The notes under the pieces were generated by a model that was not told the origin of the DNA, did not search any database, and saw only the letters and a program-made list of their open reading frames with translations. From contig OY761159.2 in the NCBI GenBank assembly GCA_963664395.2, positions 1 to 64,000 of the forward strand: a stretch of DNA of 64,000 bases, in the 5' to 3' direction. The DNA is from Candidatus Binatia bacterium (GTDB taxonomy: Bacteria; Desulfobacterota; Binatia; Bin18). Within the stretch, counting starts at the first letter, position 1. Every line of letters starts with the position of its first letter. This document shows positions 1 through 10,154 of the stretch, one piece after another. Both the position numbers and the translations under genes were made by a program.

Positions 1-2
1 GC

Positions 3-1172
3 ATCGGAGAATCACCGCTTCAGTTTGATGCCCATATTGAACGATTTCAGCCACTGAAAGCCGCCTATGAGCTGCGCGCGTCGGCACTGAGACTGGCAGA
101 CCTTCAGCCCGAAGCCTCGGAGGACCGGCTCGAAGCGGTGTCCGCCACGGGCCGGGTCTGGCTCCAGGGCGAAGACCTCCGCCATACAGGCCAACTGTCC
201 TCAAAACAGGGATACGTTGCCCAGGTGCACTATACCGACTTTCAGCTTGACTCCTCAGTCGCCAACCAGGTCGCCAAGATCGACCGTTTCAAGCTGCACG
301 CCTTTGAGGGCACGCTGGATGGCAGTGGGCAGTATGCTTTCGGAGCGGAGCCACCGCGCATGGCTGTCACCGCTCAGGTAGATGCCGTCAGTCTCACGGA
401 ATTCTTTCGCTCAGCGCTCGCTCTGGTAGACCCGCCGGTCCAGGGGACGGCCTCGCTCGACTTCACGCTCGCGGGCAGCGGCCACACCTGGAATGCCCTC
501 AAGCCGACCCTGCGCGGGCAGGGAAAGGTCGCCATTACGGATGGAGCGCTGTCAGAGTTCAATCTGGCCGAAGGCGTCCTGTCCGGCCTGACCGGTATTC
601 CGGGCTTATCGCTCGTCCTGCCGCAACGGGTCCGGGATAAATATCCGGCGATTTTCGCCTCTCCCCATACCGAGTTTGATGAATTCACAAGCCGGTTCTC
701 GCTCGGCAATGGGAAGATTAATCTCGACAGCCTCCGCATTGCCGCCCGTGACTTTATGACACAGGGGAAGGGCTGGATGGATTTTGAACAGCAGGTCGAT
801 GTCACCGCCTCGCTGGCTCTTTCCAAAGCCCTCTCAGCTGACCTCATTCGAGCTGTCAAAGAAACGAAATATATTGCGAATGATGAGGGCCGCTTGGAAA
901 TTCCGTTTGCCCTTGTAGGCGTTCTCCCAGCCGTTACCCCGGCCCTGGACGCCAGGCATATCAGCACCCTTATCCAACGGGCGGCAATCAAAGCTCTGCA
1001 AGACGAGGTCCAAGAAAAAGTCCAGGAGAAAATTCTGGACAAGCTTCTGCCTTCAAAGAAAAAAGTAAAGCAGAAGAATCACGCATCGACCGCGCCTGAA
1101 GAGCAAGAAAAGAACCCCAGCCTGGAAGAACAACTGATTCAAAAAGGACTCGATTCTTTGTTTGGCCGCTGA
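3..1172 (+). CDS. AsmA-family protein, C-terminal part (5' end outside window)
   Basis: The frame of ORF 138..1172 is open back to position 3. The beta-rich text (LRGQGKVAITDGAL...FSLGNGKINLDSL...GKGWMDF...IPFALVG) fits an AsmA-like C-terminal region. Confidence 0.75.
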   Translation: MGESPLQFDAHIERFQPLKAAYELRASALRLADLQPEASEDRLEAVSATGRVWLQGEDLRHTGQLSSKQGYVAQVHYTDFQLDSSVANQVAKIDRFKLHAFEGTLDGSGQYAFGAEPPRMAVTAQVDAVSLTEFFRSALALVDPPVQGTASLDFTLAGSGHTWNALKPTLRGQGKVAITDGALSEFNLAEGVLSGLTGIPGLSLVLPQRVRDKYPAIFASPHTEFDEFTSRFSLGNGKINLDSLRIAARDFMTQGKGWMDFEQQVDVTASLALSKALSADLIRAVKETKYIANDEGRLEIPFALVGVLPAVTPALDARHISTLIQRAAIKALQDEVQEKVQEKILDKLLPSKKKVKQKNHASTAPEEQEKNPSLEEQLIQKGLDSLFGR

Positions 1173-1235
1173 TCTTCGACCCTGCGAGATTGGCGGCTAT
1201 CTACGTATGTTTGACTCAAGAATAGGAACAGACTT

Positions 1236-2672
1236 ATGACAGCAGCATCACTTCAGCCCCTCAGTCATCGTTTAACGGCAGCAGACGCGGCCTTTTTGTA
1301 TTTTGAAAAGCCCAACGAGCCGCTTCACGTCGGCTCATGTTTCCTCTACGACGGCCCTATTTCCAAGGCAGAGCTGACACAGGTCCTCCAGGATCGACTC
1401 CACCGCCTGCCTCGCTATCGCCAGAAGGTTGTCTTTTCGCCTTTAGGGATTGCGCATCCAACCTGGCAGGATGACCCCGCGTTTGACATACAGCAGCACA
1501 TCGAAGAGGTGGACCTGCCTGCGTCCGGAGACGACCGGGTGCTGTCTGAATTTGGAGGCAAGATGTACGCGCCGCAACTCGACCGCAACCATCCCCTGTG
1601 GAAGATGGTCATCCTGCGCGGCCGGCCGGATGGGACGACGCCCATTATCTGGAAAGTCCACCATGCCATGGTCGATGGCGTGTCTGGCGTTGACCTGATG
1701 ATGGTCATGCATGACCTCTCACCACAATCATCTTCGCCCGATTCTCCGCCCCAGCCGTGGCGGCCATAGCCCCTGCCTGATGCGGCAAGTCAACTGCAGG
1801 ATGCCATACACGACCGCCTGACCGAGACGGTCCGGAGCTGGACCGATGCAAGCTTCCAATGGCTCCAACCTTCACAAGCGGCGCAGGCCATCCAGGAATC
1901 CTCGCAGGCCCTCCTCTCCCTCATGAGCCTGTCCCAGCCTACACCAATAACGCCGTTTAATAATACGTTGTCATCGACACGGCAGTTTGTCTGGACCGAC
2001 TTTCCTTTTGCAGACATCCGTGCGGTCCGGGCCACTTTGGGTGGAACAGTCAATGATGTCGTTCTGACAATCATCGCCGGCGGGCTGGGGAGATATCTAC
2101 GCGCCCAGCAGTACTCCACTTCCAATAAGGTGCTGCGGACCATGTGTCCGGTCAGTATGCGTCAGGAAGATGAACAGGGCAGCTTAGGGAATCGGGTTTC
2201 CATGATGCTCGCCCCGCTCTTCATTGATGAACAAGACTCGCTCAAACGATATGCCGCACAGCGTGCGGCTGTCGATCGGATCAAAAAACAGAACCAAGCC
2301 GGTTTCTTGTATACTCTCTTGAATCGTTTTGGTTGGGTCCCGCCGCTGTGGCAAATCATCTCCGGACAAATACCGGCAGCAAATCTGCTTTTGAATACGG
2401 TGACAACCAACGTCCCAGGGCCGCAAATCCCACTATACCTCGCAGGACACGAACTGCTCGCCATACGACCGATCGGGCTGTTGTCGGCAGGAATCGGACT
2501 CTTCAATGCAATTGTCAGCTATAATCAGAGTCTTGTTATAAGCGGGACGGTTGACCCCAACCTCGTCTCCGATCCGTGGTCATACGCCGCCTGCCTACGG
2601 GACTCTTTTGATGAACTGCGCGCCGCAACAAAACAGCATGAGGCAAAGCAGCCAGCCTCCTCTGCTGCGTGA
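1236..2672 (+). pseudogene. Wax ester synthase/diacylglycerol acyltransferase (WS/DGAT) interrupted by one in-frame TAG at 1767-1769
   Basis: ORFs 1236..1769 and 1923..2672 share a frame, and no other stop lies between them. Motifs present: HHAMVDG catalytic motif, GGTVNDVVL, LGNRVS, TNVPGPQIPLYLAG. Confidence 0.85.
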
Positions 2673-2677
2673 TCCGC

Positions 2678-3259
2678 TCAGTCCGCCTGCGTGGTTAAGC
2701 CTGTTATATCATAAGCCATGACTAAGAGGTCACGGGTCCGGGCGGCTCGGTCTATGACCAGGTCGTGCAGCAGCGCTTCAGGGCGAAACCCTATTCGCTC
2801 AAACGTCGCGCGGGCTCCAGGCTGATCTATCGTCATTTGGGCAATGATTTTGCGTAATGCGAGTTCTCTTGCGATGGCCAACATTTCTCCTGCGAGCACC
2901 CGGCCCAGTCCTTGGGATCGATACGTCGGTGCGACCTGGAGCCGAATTTCACCTATATGACGCTGCCAGGTGACCTCGCTCCGGTGCAGGGTACCATATC
3001 CGACTATTTCAGCCGAGACTTCGGCAAGGACAGTCACAGATCGACCGGTTTCGATATTGGCCGCCCACTGTTGCACGACCTGCGGATCGGTAATGTCCAT
3101 ACGCAAGAAAAGAAGATCATCCACCGGCAGAGAACGGGCAAAGGAGACGAGAGAGTCGACGTCTGCACCACTCATCAAGCGCAGCGTCATAGCCGTGCCA
3201 TTGCCGAGATGTATCGTACGCGGGTAGGTCCGTTGTGTGCGAGAGGACGTATTTCCCAT
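2678..3259 (-). CDS. GNAT-family N-acetyltransferase
   Basis: Acetyl-CoA binding motif VAPTYRSQGLGRVL and C-terminal FERIGF. Confidence 0.85.
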   Translation of the reverse strand: MGNTSSRTQRTYPRTIHLGNGTAMTLRLMSGADVDSLVSFARSLPVDDLLFLRMDITDPQVVQQWAANIETGRSVTVLAEVSAEIVGYGTLHRSEVTWQRHIGEIRLQVAPTYRSQGLGRVLAGEMLAIARELALRKIIAQMTIDQPGARATFERIGFRPEALLHDLVIDRAARTRDLLVMAYDITGLTTQAD

Positions 3260-3374
3260 GCGCTATTCCCTTCTGCCGGCACCGGTATTTCACGTCAAAA
3301 ACCGATTGGCCTTTTTTGTCGTGAGGCAAAGTGATATTGCAGCTTTATCATACGTTTGTGGAGGTAGACAGCCA

Positions 3375-3854
3375 ATGCTGAAGTATTGTGTACAGGCCAG
3401 CCTTTTTTCACTTCTCCTTACCGTCCTCTTCTTTTCTTCGAACGTTATGGCTGATGAGGGCCTGGATGCGCTCAAATCGGCTTTCAATGCGCAAATTGAA
3501 GCGCTCAACAATCGAGAGGTCGACGCCGCAGTCGCTACGGCTCATGATGATATTGTTTTATATGGCATTTTCTCCCCTTTTCCAGTGCAGGGAAAAGCTG
3601 ATTTTCAGAAAGCTGTGCAGGCGTATTTTGGCCAGTATGAAGAAGCCGAACTCTCCCCGGTCACGCCGCAGTTCCGTATTGTTGGAACAACCGCGCTGGC
3701 TTGGGGCCACTACCAGCTTGCTGCAACACCCCAAGGCGGGAAGCTGACCTATGCGCATGGACGCTATATCTTTACCTATACCAAGATCGATGAGAAGTGG
3801 GTCATCCTCGGCATGGACTACTCTCCCTTGGAGTCCTATAGATTCGCCCCATAA
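3375..3854 (+). CDS. Secreted NTF2/SnoaL-like (DUF4440-type) protein
   Basis: GGAGG precedes the ATG at 3375. Signal-peptide-like N-terminus, then an NTF2 pattern ending GRYIFTYTKIDEKWVI. Confidence 0.75.
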   Translation: MLKYCVQASLFSLLLTVLFFSSNVMADEGLDALKSAFNAQIEALNNREVDAAVATAHDDIVLYGIFSPFPVQGKADFQKAVQAYFGQYEEAELSPVTPQFRIVGTTALAWGHYQLAATPQGGKLTYAHGRYIFTYTKIDEKWVILGMDYSPLESYRFAP

Positions 3855-4268
3855 CAAGACGGTAACGATTTCAGAACGGGGGTCAGCGAGAAGCCGGCGC
3901 ACCCCGTTGTCCTGCTACCCTCCCCCCAGACATGCCGTCGAGCCGGGCGATCTTCAGTCCTGCTGACTCCCACGCCTCTTCACCTAAAACGTAGGGTGCG
4001 ATTCGGACTGGGTTCCATTTTGTGAAAAAGGCTCCCAGAGCAACTTGGGCAGCCGGTCTTTTGGGCAGTCTGGCTGCCTCTTCCTGCTCATCTTCATCAA
4101 AATTCAGTCTTTTAGGGCTTTCCAGTGATCTCTGGTTTCGGCCCGTATCTTGCCCAATCCCTCTCATGCGTGGATGCAGAATCTCATTCCTATTCAGAGC
4201 GAGCTGGATGAGACAAGAGGCTGATACACTGTGGGTGATGTCCAAAAGACACGTATTGTTCAAGAAAC

Positions 4269-4335
4269 TGTTACCCAGGTGACATAAATCATACATAGTA
4301 TGCAAGAAAGACAGGCTTCAGTCACATAGGTGACA
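4269..4335. promoter_or_regulatory. Two GTYAC-N4-GTGAC dyads, candidate operator sites upstream of phaC
   Basis: tGTTACccagGTGACa at 4269-4284 and aGTCACatagGTGACa at 4320-4335, 51 bp apart. Confidence 0.4.
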
Positions 4336-4427
4336 CGTGTTTTCTTTGCACCATTCGCTGGACAGATTATCTTGAATCAATCATTGGAGTTACCGAAGTC
4401 CTAGTCTGTGTCTAAGGAGGTCAAGCC

Positions 4428-5513
4428 ATGACAGCGTTTACTGAGGTTTCACAATATTGGATGGAAGGGGTGGCCCGGTCTCTCGAAGGCTGGAGGCGTG
4501 GTTTCATGGATGAGTATCCCGTTGATGAAGACCCGGCCCCAACCACGCCCTATACGGTGGTCTACGAGGGTGGCAAGGTCCGCCTACGCCATTATCCGGC
4601 CCAAGGCCAGCGGCTGCGCACGCCGTTACTCCTGGTCTATTCCCTGGTGAAACGCCCGTTCATCCTCGACCTTCTGCCGGGTCGGAGCGTGGTGGAAACG
4701 CTGACCAAGCACGGTGTGGAAGTGTATTTCATAGACTGGATTCCGCCGACGCGAGCAGATAGCTGGCGCGGCTTTGACGCCTATGTCAATGGCGATCTTG
4801 GCAATGCTGTCCGAGCTATTCAGGAGCGAGAAGACAGCGCCCAAGTCTCCCTCCTCGGCTATTGCTTTGGCGGACTCCTGACCACGTTGTATACGGCGTT
4901 ATTTCCGCAGCAGGTCAAAAATCTGATTGATTTTACCCTGCCCCTCGACATGAGTGTGCAGGAGCTGCCCGCCCAGAAATTGATGAGCAAAATTCCCCCG
5001 CACACAATTGACCTCATCACCAGCGTGTATGGCAATTGTCCGGCGTGGTTTATGAAGGCCAACTTCGACGCCATGGCACCGGTCCACCATGCACTGGACA
5101 AGTATGTTGGATTGTATCGCAGCAAGGATCAAAAGGGTTATGCTGAGATGTTTGAGCTCTTCGAGCGTTGGATGAATAGCGATGTCCCTATGGCCGGCCA
5201 AATTTTTAAGGAGATGGCCGGCGATATCTCACGCCACAACCTGATTATGAAAAACCAGATGCAGATCGGCTCGCGCCGGGCCAATCTCCAAGATATTACC
5301 TGCCCGGTCCTCAACGTGATCGGTGAACATCATGATGTTGTCCATCCCAAATCCAGCCTGCCGTTAGAAGACTTGGTTGGTAGCCCGGATGCAGGCACTA
5401 TTGTGTTCCCCACCGGCCATATCGGTGCGGCTGTCAGTTCAGGCGCTCAGAAAAAGCTCTGGCCCCAAGTCGTCTCCTGGTTGCGGGAACGGGATGAAAC
5501 CGTCGGGCATTAA
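4428..5513 (+). CDS. phaC: Class III-type polyhydroxyalkanoate synthase subunit PhaC (alpha/beta hydrolase fold)
   Basis: AAGGAGG RBS. Motifs PLLLVYSLVKRPFILDL, GYCFGG (catalytic Cys box) and FPTGHIG (catalytic His); 361 aa fits class III. Confidence 0.8.
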   Translation: MTAFTEVSQYWMEGVARSLEGWRRGFMDEYPVDEDPAPTTPYTVVYEGGKVRLRHYPAQGQRLRTPLLLVYSLVKRPFILDLLPGRSVVETLTKHGVEVYFIDWIPPTRADSWRGFDAYVNGDLGNAVRAIQEREDSAQVSLLGYCFGGLLTTLYTALFPQQVKNLIDFTLPLDMSVQELPAQKLMSKIPPHTIDLITSVYGNCPAWFMKANFDAMAPVHHALDKYVGLYRSKDQKGYAEMFELFERWMNSDVPMAGQIFKEMAGDISRHNLIMKNQMQIGSRRANLQDITCPVLNVIGEHHDVVHPKSSLPLEDLVGSPDAGTIVFPTGHIGAAVSSGAQKKLWPQVVSWLRERDETVGH

Positions 5514-5544
5514 GAGTCCAGGCACAGCGGTTCCATACTTCTAC

Positions 5545-5576
5545 GGCGGGAGATAGTAGGTCTCCCGCCATTTTTT
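5545..5576 (+). terminator. Rho-independent terminator after phaC
   Basis: GGCGGGAGA / TCTCCCGCC stem followed by ATTTTTT. Confidence 0.8.
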
Positions 5577-5722
5577 CTTGTATTCACGGCCGATTCGGTG
5601 CTAAGGAAGAGGAAAAGCCAGATGGGTGGAGGTCCTCGGACAGCCGATGCCTCAGCTTCTGGCGAGACGACAAAGGATTCCTCGGATTCCTCAGAAAATT
5701 CTCGCGTTGAGAGGAGAAACTT

Positions 5723-6301
5723 ATGACACAGGTAAAAGCATCACACCAGGCCAATACGGCCGCCTACCCAGGCGACGGCCTCGTAGAGGAAGAACAGACC
5801 ATAACGGAGCGAATCTCCGAGCCGAGAAAGCGGCTGGATGAGAGCCTCTTGAACGAGCCGGTCAGCCTGCTTCCACATGTCCCGCCGGTGATTGTTACCT
5901 CTAGTACGACGGTCACAGATGCAATTCACCTCATGCGAGAGAATAAAATTGGCTGTGTCCTCGTCCGACAAGAGAATTCCGTTATTGGCATCTTTACGGA
6001 ACGGGACCTGTTGAACCGCGTTATCGGGCCTCGACTGGATATTGATCAGACCGAGATTGGGAGTGTCATGACTGCTGACCCGGAAACCCTTGCCATTGAT
6101 GCTCCTATCGCCTTCGCCCTCAACCTCATGGGAGAGGGCGCATTTCGGCGGCTTCCGCTTGTTGACGATAGCGGCCAACCAGTCGGCATGTTATCCGTTA
6201 AGCACATCGTCCAGTACCTCGCAGAATTCTTTTCCGAGGAAGTTCTGACACTCCCACCTCGGCCGAACCTGCTTCATCCAGGCCAGCGAGAGGGTGCCTG
6301 A
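5723..6301 (+). CDS. CBS domain pair protein
   Basis: GAGGAG RBS. Two CBS repeats (IGIFTERDLL...VMTADPETL...FRRLPLVD...GMLSVKHI). Confidence 0.85.
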   Translation: MTQVKASHQANTAAYPGDGLVEEEQTITERISEPRKRLDESLLNEPVSLLPHVPPVIVTSSTTVTDAIHLMRENKIGCVLVRQENSVIGIFTERDLLNRVIGPRLDIDQTEIGSVMTADPETLAIDAPIAFALNLMGEGAFRRLPLVDDSGQPVGMLSVKHIVQYLAEFFSEEVLTLPPRPNLLHPGQREGA

Positions 6302-6512
6302 CCGAGCCACCATTTTCCAGGTATCTGCGCTTCAACAGTATATCTCCATGTCTGGCGAGTCAGCGATGATACGCTGACTCGCGGCTTCTCCTCTTCGCTC
6401 CTGAATACCGCATGCTGCATGGCAGGTTCTTCTTTACTTTAATAGAGGTATTCGTCTATATGGGAGAGGAATTCAGGCCCGGTCTGACAAAAGAAAGAGC
6501 AGGCTGGAGACG

Positions 6513-7430
6513 ATGGGCAGGACGAGCAAAGACAGCAAGACGAGCAGAACGGGCGTAGCGAGAAAACCGCGCGCCGCGCTGGAGCAGGAAATAGCTGCCC
6601 TGCGCAACCGGGTGACACAGCTCGAAGCGATTGAAACCGAACACCAACAGACGGAGGCCGCCTTACGCGAGAGTGAAGCACGACAACGGGTCATTAACGA
6701 GTCGGCCTTTGATTATGCGTTTTCCTTTCGCGTCAATGACCAAGACCGCCTCATCCTGGACTGGTTGACTGAGAGTTTCACCCGGATCACCGGGTACGCC
6801 ACCGAGGCACTGATCGGCAAACCCAATCCGCTCCAACAGTATATTCATCCGGATGACTTAGCGCAGGTGACACAGACCCTTCAGTCCCTGCCATCCGAGC
6901 AACCAACCGAATATGAATTTCGCATCGTCACGCAAGACGGCAGTATTAAGTGGCTCCGTTCGCGGGCGCGAGCCCGTGTCAGGCCGGATGGCCAGCCGGT
7001 CCGTATTGATGGCGCAACCCTGGACATTACGGAGCGCAGACATATCGAAGAAACGCTCCAGCAAACTGAAGAACGTCTGTCTCTATTCCTCCACCACCTG
7101 CCCGGTGTCGCCTTTATCAAAGACCTGGAGGGGCACTACTTATACGCCAATGAAACCTTGGTGAATCTGTGGAAGACCCTGCTCTCGGACAAGGCCCGCA
7201 CCTGGCTCGGTCAGACTGACTTCGATATTTTACCGCCGGATGTGGCGGAACAGATCCGAAAAAACGATCAGCGCGTCCTTTCCGGCGGACAGAGCGAACA
7301 ACTCACAGAGACGATCCCCTACCCTGACGGTCCGCGGGAATGGCTGGTCAGCAAATTCCCTATCGTTGACCCTTGGGGTATCCCGGTAATGTTAGGCGGG
7401 ATTGGTATCGACGTCACTAAAAAACGCTGA
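6513..7430 (+). CDS. Coiled-coil + tandem PAS/PAC sensor protein lacking an output domain
   Basis: PAS/PAC motifs IHPDD, EFRIVTQDGSIKWL, DITER, FIKDLEGHYLYAN, GIGIDVT. The protein stops directly after the second PAC. Confidence 0.8.
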   Translation: MGRTSKDSKTSRTGVARKPRAALEQEIAALRNRVTQLEAIETEHQQTEAALRESEARQRVINESAFDYAFSFRVNDQDRLILDWLTESFTRITGYATEALIGKPNPLQQYIHPDDLAQVTQTLQSLPSEQPTEYEFRIVTQDGSIKWLRSRARARVRPDGQPVRIDGATLDITERRHIEETLQQTEERLSLFLHHLPGVAFIKDLEGHYLYANETLVNLWKTLLSDKARTWLGQTDFDILPPDVAEQIRKNDQRVLSGGQSEQLTETIPYPDGPREWLVSKFPIVDPWGIPVMLGGIGIDVTKKR

Positions 7431-7480
7431 CCGATTCCATCCGGAACACGAGTACAGGCGAACGGCGTCCCAATATGGCC

Positions 7481-8515
7481 CTACTCCGCTTCTCTCTTTA
7501 ACTCGTCCAGCTCCTGCTCCAGTTTACGTACCCGGCGTAGCAACTCCGGCAGCTTGGGCAGGGCAGCAGAAGTACGTCGCCAGGAAAGCACGTTCACGGC
7601 TGGATAGCCACCGATGACACTGTTGGCTGGGACATCGTTGGGAATGCCACTCTGAGCCACAACCATGGTGTTCTTGCCGACCGTAAGATGACCGGCCACA
7701 CCAACCTGGCCGCCGAGCTGGACCCGGTCCTCCAGCGTCGTACTGCCGGCTAGGCCAGCCTGGGCGCAGATAAACGCGTACTCGCCAACATCCGAGCCGT
7801 GACCGATTTGCACTAGGTTGTCGATCTTGGTTCCTTTCCGCACACGCGTTGTTCCCACGGTGGCCCGATCAACAGTCGTATTTGCGCCCAACTCGACTTC
7901 GTCCTGCAACTCGACGATACCGGCCTGCGGCTTGGACACAATCGACCCATCAGGCAGAGGGACATAGCCAAAGCCGTCTCCACCAACGACAACGCCGCTC
8001 TGCAAGACCACGCGATTGCCGATCATAACGCGTTCACGAATGATCGCCCCGGCATGGGCCGTAAAGTGATGGCCAATGCGCACCTCGGGATAAATCACCA
8101 CATGCGCGAAGATACGCGCATGGTCACCGATCACGACATCCTCACCAATCACAGCATAGGGACCAATGGAGGCGTGTTCGCCGACACGGGCGGAGGGAGA
8201 GGTGACGGCCGTGGGGTGGACACCTTCGGGCGGTTCATATGGCGGATAAAACCAGCCGAGGACTTGGGCGACAGCGAAGTCAGGATTGTCGGTTCGCAGC
8301 GAGGGTAGTGAGACTGCTGGAGCATCCGCCGGCAGGATGACGGCCGCGGCCCGTGTTGTCGGTAATTTTGCAAAATATTTTTTATTACTCACAAACGTGA
8401 GGTCTTGCGGGCCAGCCTCGTCTATAGGCTTGAGGTCAGTAATCACGAGGTCCGCGTTCCCGTGCAGTTCACATTGGAGGCGTTCGGCGATCTCGGACAG
8501 CTTCATAGGCGTCAT
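7481..8515 (-). CDS. lpxD: UDP-3-O-(3-hydroxymyristoyl)glucosamine N-acyltransferase
   Basis: LTFVSNKKY, hexapeptide repeats, GGDGFGY, GANTTVDR, TKIDNLVQIGH. Confidence 0.95.
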   Translation of the reverse strand: MTPMKLSEIAERLQCELHGNADLVITDLKPIDEAGPQDLTFVSNKKYFAKLPTTRAAAVILPADAPAVSLPSLRTDNPDFAVAQVLGWFYPPYEPPEGVHPTAVTSPSARVGEHASIGPYAVIGEDVVIGDHARIFAHVVIYPEVRIGHHFTAHAGAIIRERVMIGNRVVLQSGVVVGGDGFGYVPLPDGSIVSKPQAGIVELQDEVELGANTTVDRATVGTTRVRKGTKIDNLVQIGHGSDVGEYAFICAQAGLAGSTTLEDRVQLGGQVGVAGHLTVGKNTMVVAQSGIPNDVPANSVIGGYPAVNVLSWRRTSAALPKLPELLRRVRKLEQELDELKREAE

Positions 8516-8759
8516 CTCCCACTGCTTCGCTTTTTTCGCAGATCAGACCTGCTACATTTGTAGTCGTGATATGTAGCAAAGACGTAAGAGAACGCCTACA
8601 ACTTGTACTTTGCTTGCGACAGACAGTCCGCTGTGGTAGGAAGCTGAGGCAGAAAATCCACAGACTTCCGCCAGGGGCGGATCTCATCAATCTGAGTTGG
8701 CGTGTCAGGCTGTCACACGCCGCACGAAAATTCAAACAACACGGAGTTAAAGAGGCCGT

Positions 8760-9632
8760 ATGGAAATTTTGAGGCTTGGACTTCCCAAAGGAAGTCTGGA
8801 GGCAACCACGATTGAGCTCTTCAAAAAGTCAGGTTGGAAAGTATCGACTAGCTCACGCAGCTATTTCCCCAGTATCGATGACCCAACCTTGCGTTGTGCT
8901 CTGGTCCGTGCACAGGAAATGGCGCGCTATGTCGAGTCTGGGGCACTTGATGCCGGAATCACCGGTAAAGACTGGATCATGGAAAACAACTCTGATGTCG
9001 AACCCATTATCGATCTGGTGTACTCCAAAGCCAGCTTTCAGCCTACACGCTGGGTTCTCGCCATCCCTCAGGATTCGCCCATTAAAGAGCTCGGCGATCT
9101 GAACGGGAAAAGGATTGCGACCGAACTGGTGCATTATACCAAGCGCTATTTTGACGAACGGGGCATCCGGGTCGAGGTCGAGTTTTCCTGGGGCGCGACC
9201 GAGGCCAAGGCTGCCGACGGCCTGGTTGATGCCATTGTCGAAGTGACGGAGTCGGGATCAACCATTCGCGCGCACGGGCTCAAGATCATTCACGAGCTGT
9301 TTAGCTCTAACCCACAACTCATTGCCAATAAACAGGCCATGCAGGACGCGAAAAAGCGGGAGAAGATCAATCAAATTGCACTGCTGCTGAAAGGTGCACT
9401 GAGCGCGGAAGCGAAAGTCGGTCTCAAGATGAATGTGCCCAAGGAGCATCTTGACCGTATTGTCAAAATGCTGCCCAGCCTGACCGCTCCAACCGTCTCA
9501 CCTTTATATGAGTCCGAGTGGTTTGCAGTAGAAAGCGTAATTGACGAGGGAATTGTGCGTGAGCTGATTCCCCAGCTCATTAAAAACGGGGCAGTCGGTA
9601 TTATCGAGTACCCGCTCAACAAGATTATCTGA
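8760..9632 (+). CDS. hisG: ATP phosphoribosyltransferase (long form)
   Basis: [34 protein letters not shown], plus the C-terminal regulatory domain (PTVSPL). Confidence 0.95.
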   Translation: MEILRLGLPKGSLEATTIELFKKSGWKVSTSSRSYFPSIDDPTLRCALVRAQEMARYVESGALDAGITGKDWIMENNSDVEPIIDLVYSKASFQPTRWVLAIPQDSPIKELGDLNGKRIATELVHYTKRYFDERGIRVEVEFSWGATEAKAADGLVDAIVEVTESGSTIRAHGLKIIHELFSSNPQLIANKQAMQDAKKREKINQIALLLKGALSAEAKVGLKMNVPKEHLDRIVKMLPSLTAPTVSPLYESEWFAVESVIDEGIVRELIPQLIKNGAVGIIEYPLNKII

Positions 9633-9670
9633 AAAGGTGTCTGCCAACGGGCGAAATGACCGGCCGTGTC

Positions 9671-10141
9671 CTATGCCGTTGGTTCTTCGAGTTCGACCCC
9701 AATCGAGGTCAGGAAGGGCTCTTTTTCCCTGGTCGGCATAATATAGATGCCTTCCCAACCACACACTTCCTCACACAGCTTACAGCCCACGCACGTCTTC
9801 TCTTCGACCTGTACACGGCCAAGGTATTGTGGGCCATTGTCTACAGAGGGAGAAATACAGTCAAAAGGACAGACATCAATACACACCCCACAGCCGTTGC
9901 AGTTATCCTGGTGGACAATGGCTATCGGACGGTCAACCCGCTTCAAGACCTGAGTCAGATTGCCATACGTGTCGAGGATCGCGTCATCGGGACAGATAAC
10001 CCCGCACGCGCCGCAATCGATACACATCGTCGCTTCAATCAGATAGGCTTTTTTTGGATCGCCACTAATGGCTTTGGTTGGACAGCGTTGTTCACACGCG
10101 CTGCAACCGGTGCAGTTCTCGGCGATGATGGTAAATGGCAT
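9671..10141 (-). CDS. Polyferredoxin / 4Fe-4S binding protein (four CxxCxxCxxxC motifs)
   Basis: GGAGG before the ATG at 10141. Motifs CTGCSACEQRCP, CIDCGACGVICP, CNGCGVCIDVCP, CVGCKLCEEVC. Confidence 0.9.
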   Translation of the reverse strand: MPFTIIAENCTGCSACEQRCPTKAISGDPKKAYLIEATMCIDCGACGVICPDDAILDTYGNLTQVLKRVDRPIAIVHQDNCNGCGVCIDVCPFDCISPSVDNGPQYLGRVQVEEKTCVGCKLCEEVCGWEGIYIMPTREKEPFLTSIGVELEEPTA

Positions 10142-10154
10142 GCTGTTGGCCTCC

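Noticed and set aside
1767-1769. Pyrrolysine or genetic-code reassignment of TAG
   Set aside because: Many intact genes here end in TAG (coxA, ctaA, hsdS, the nhaC-family gene), and no pyl machinery is in the window.
3883-4305. Minus-strand 140-aa ORF or structured RNA between the NTF2 gene and phaC
   Set aside because: There is no clear RBS or family motif. Short stems (gggtcagc/gctgactc, ggcagcc/ggctgcc) exist, but I cannot match them to SRP, 6S, tmRNA or a riboswitch. An Infernal/Rfam search would decide.
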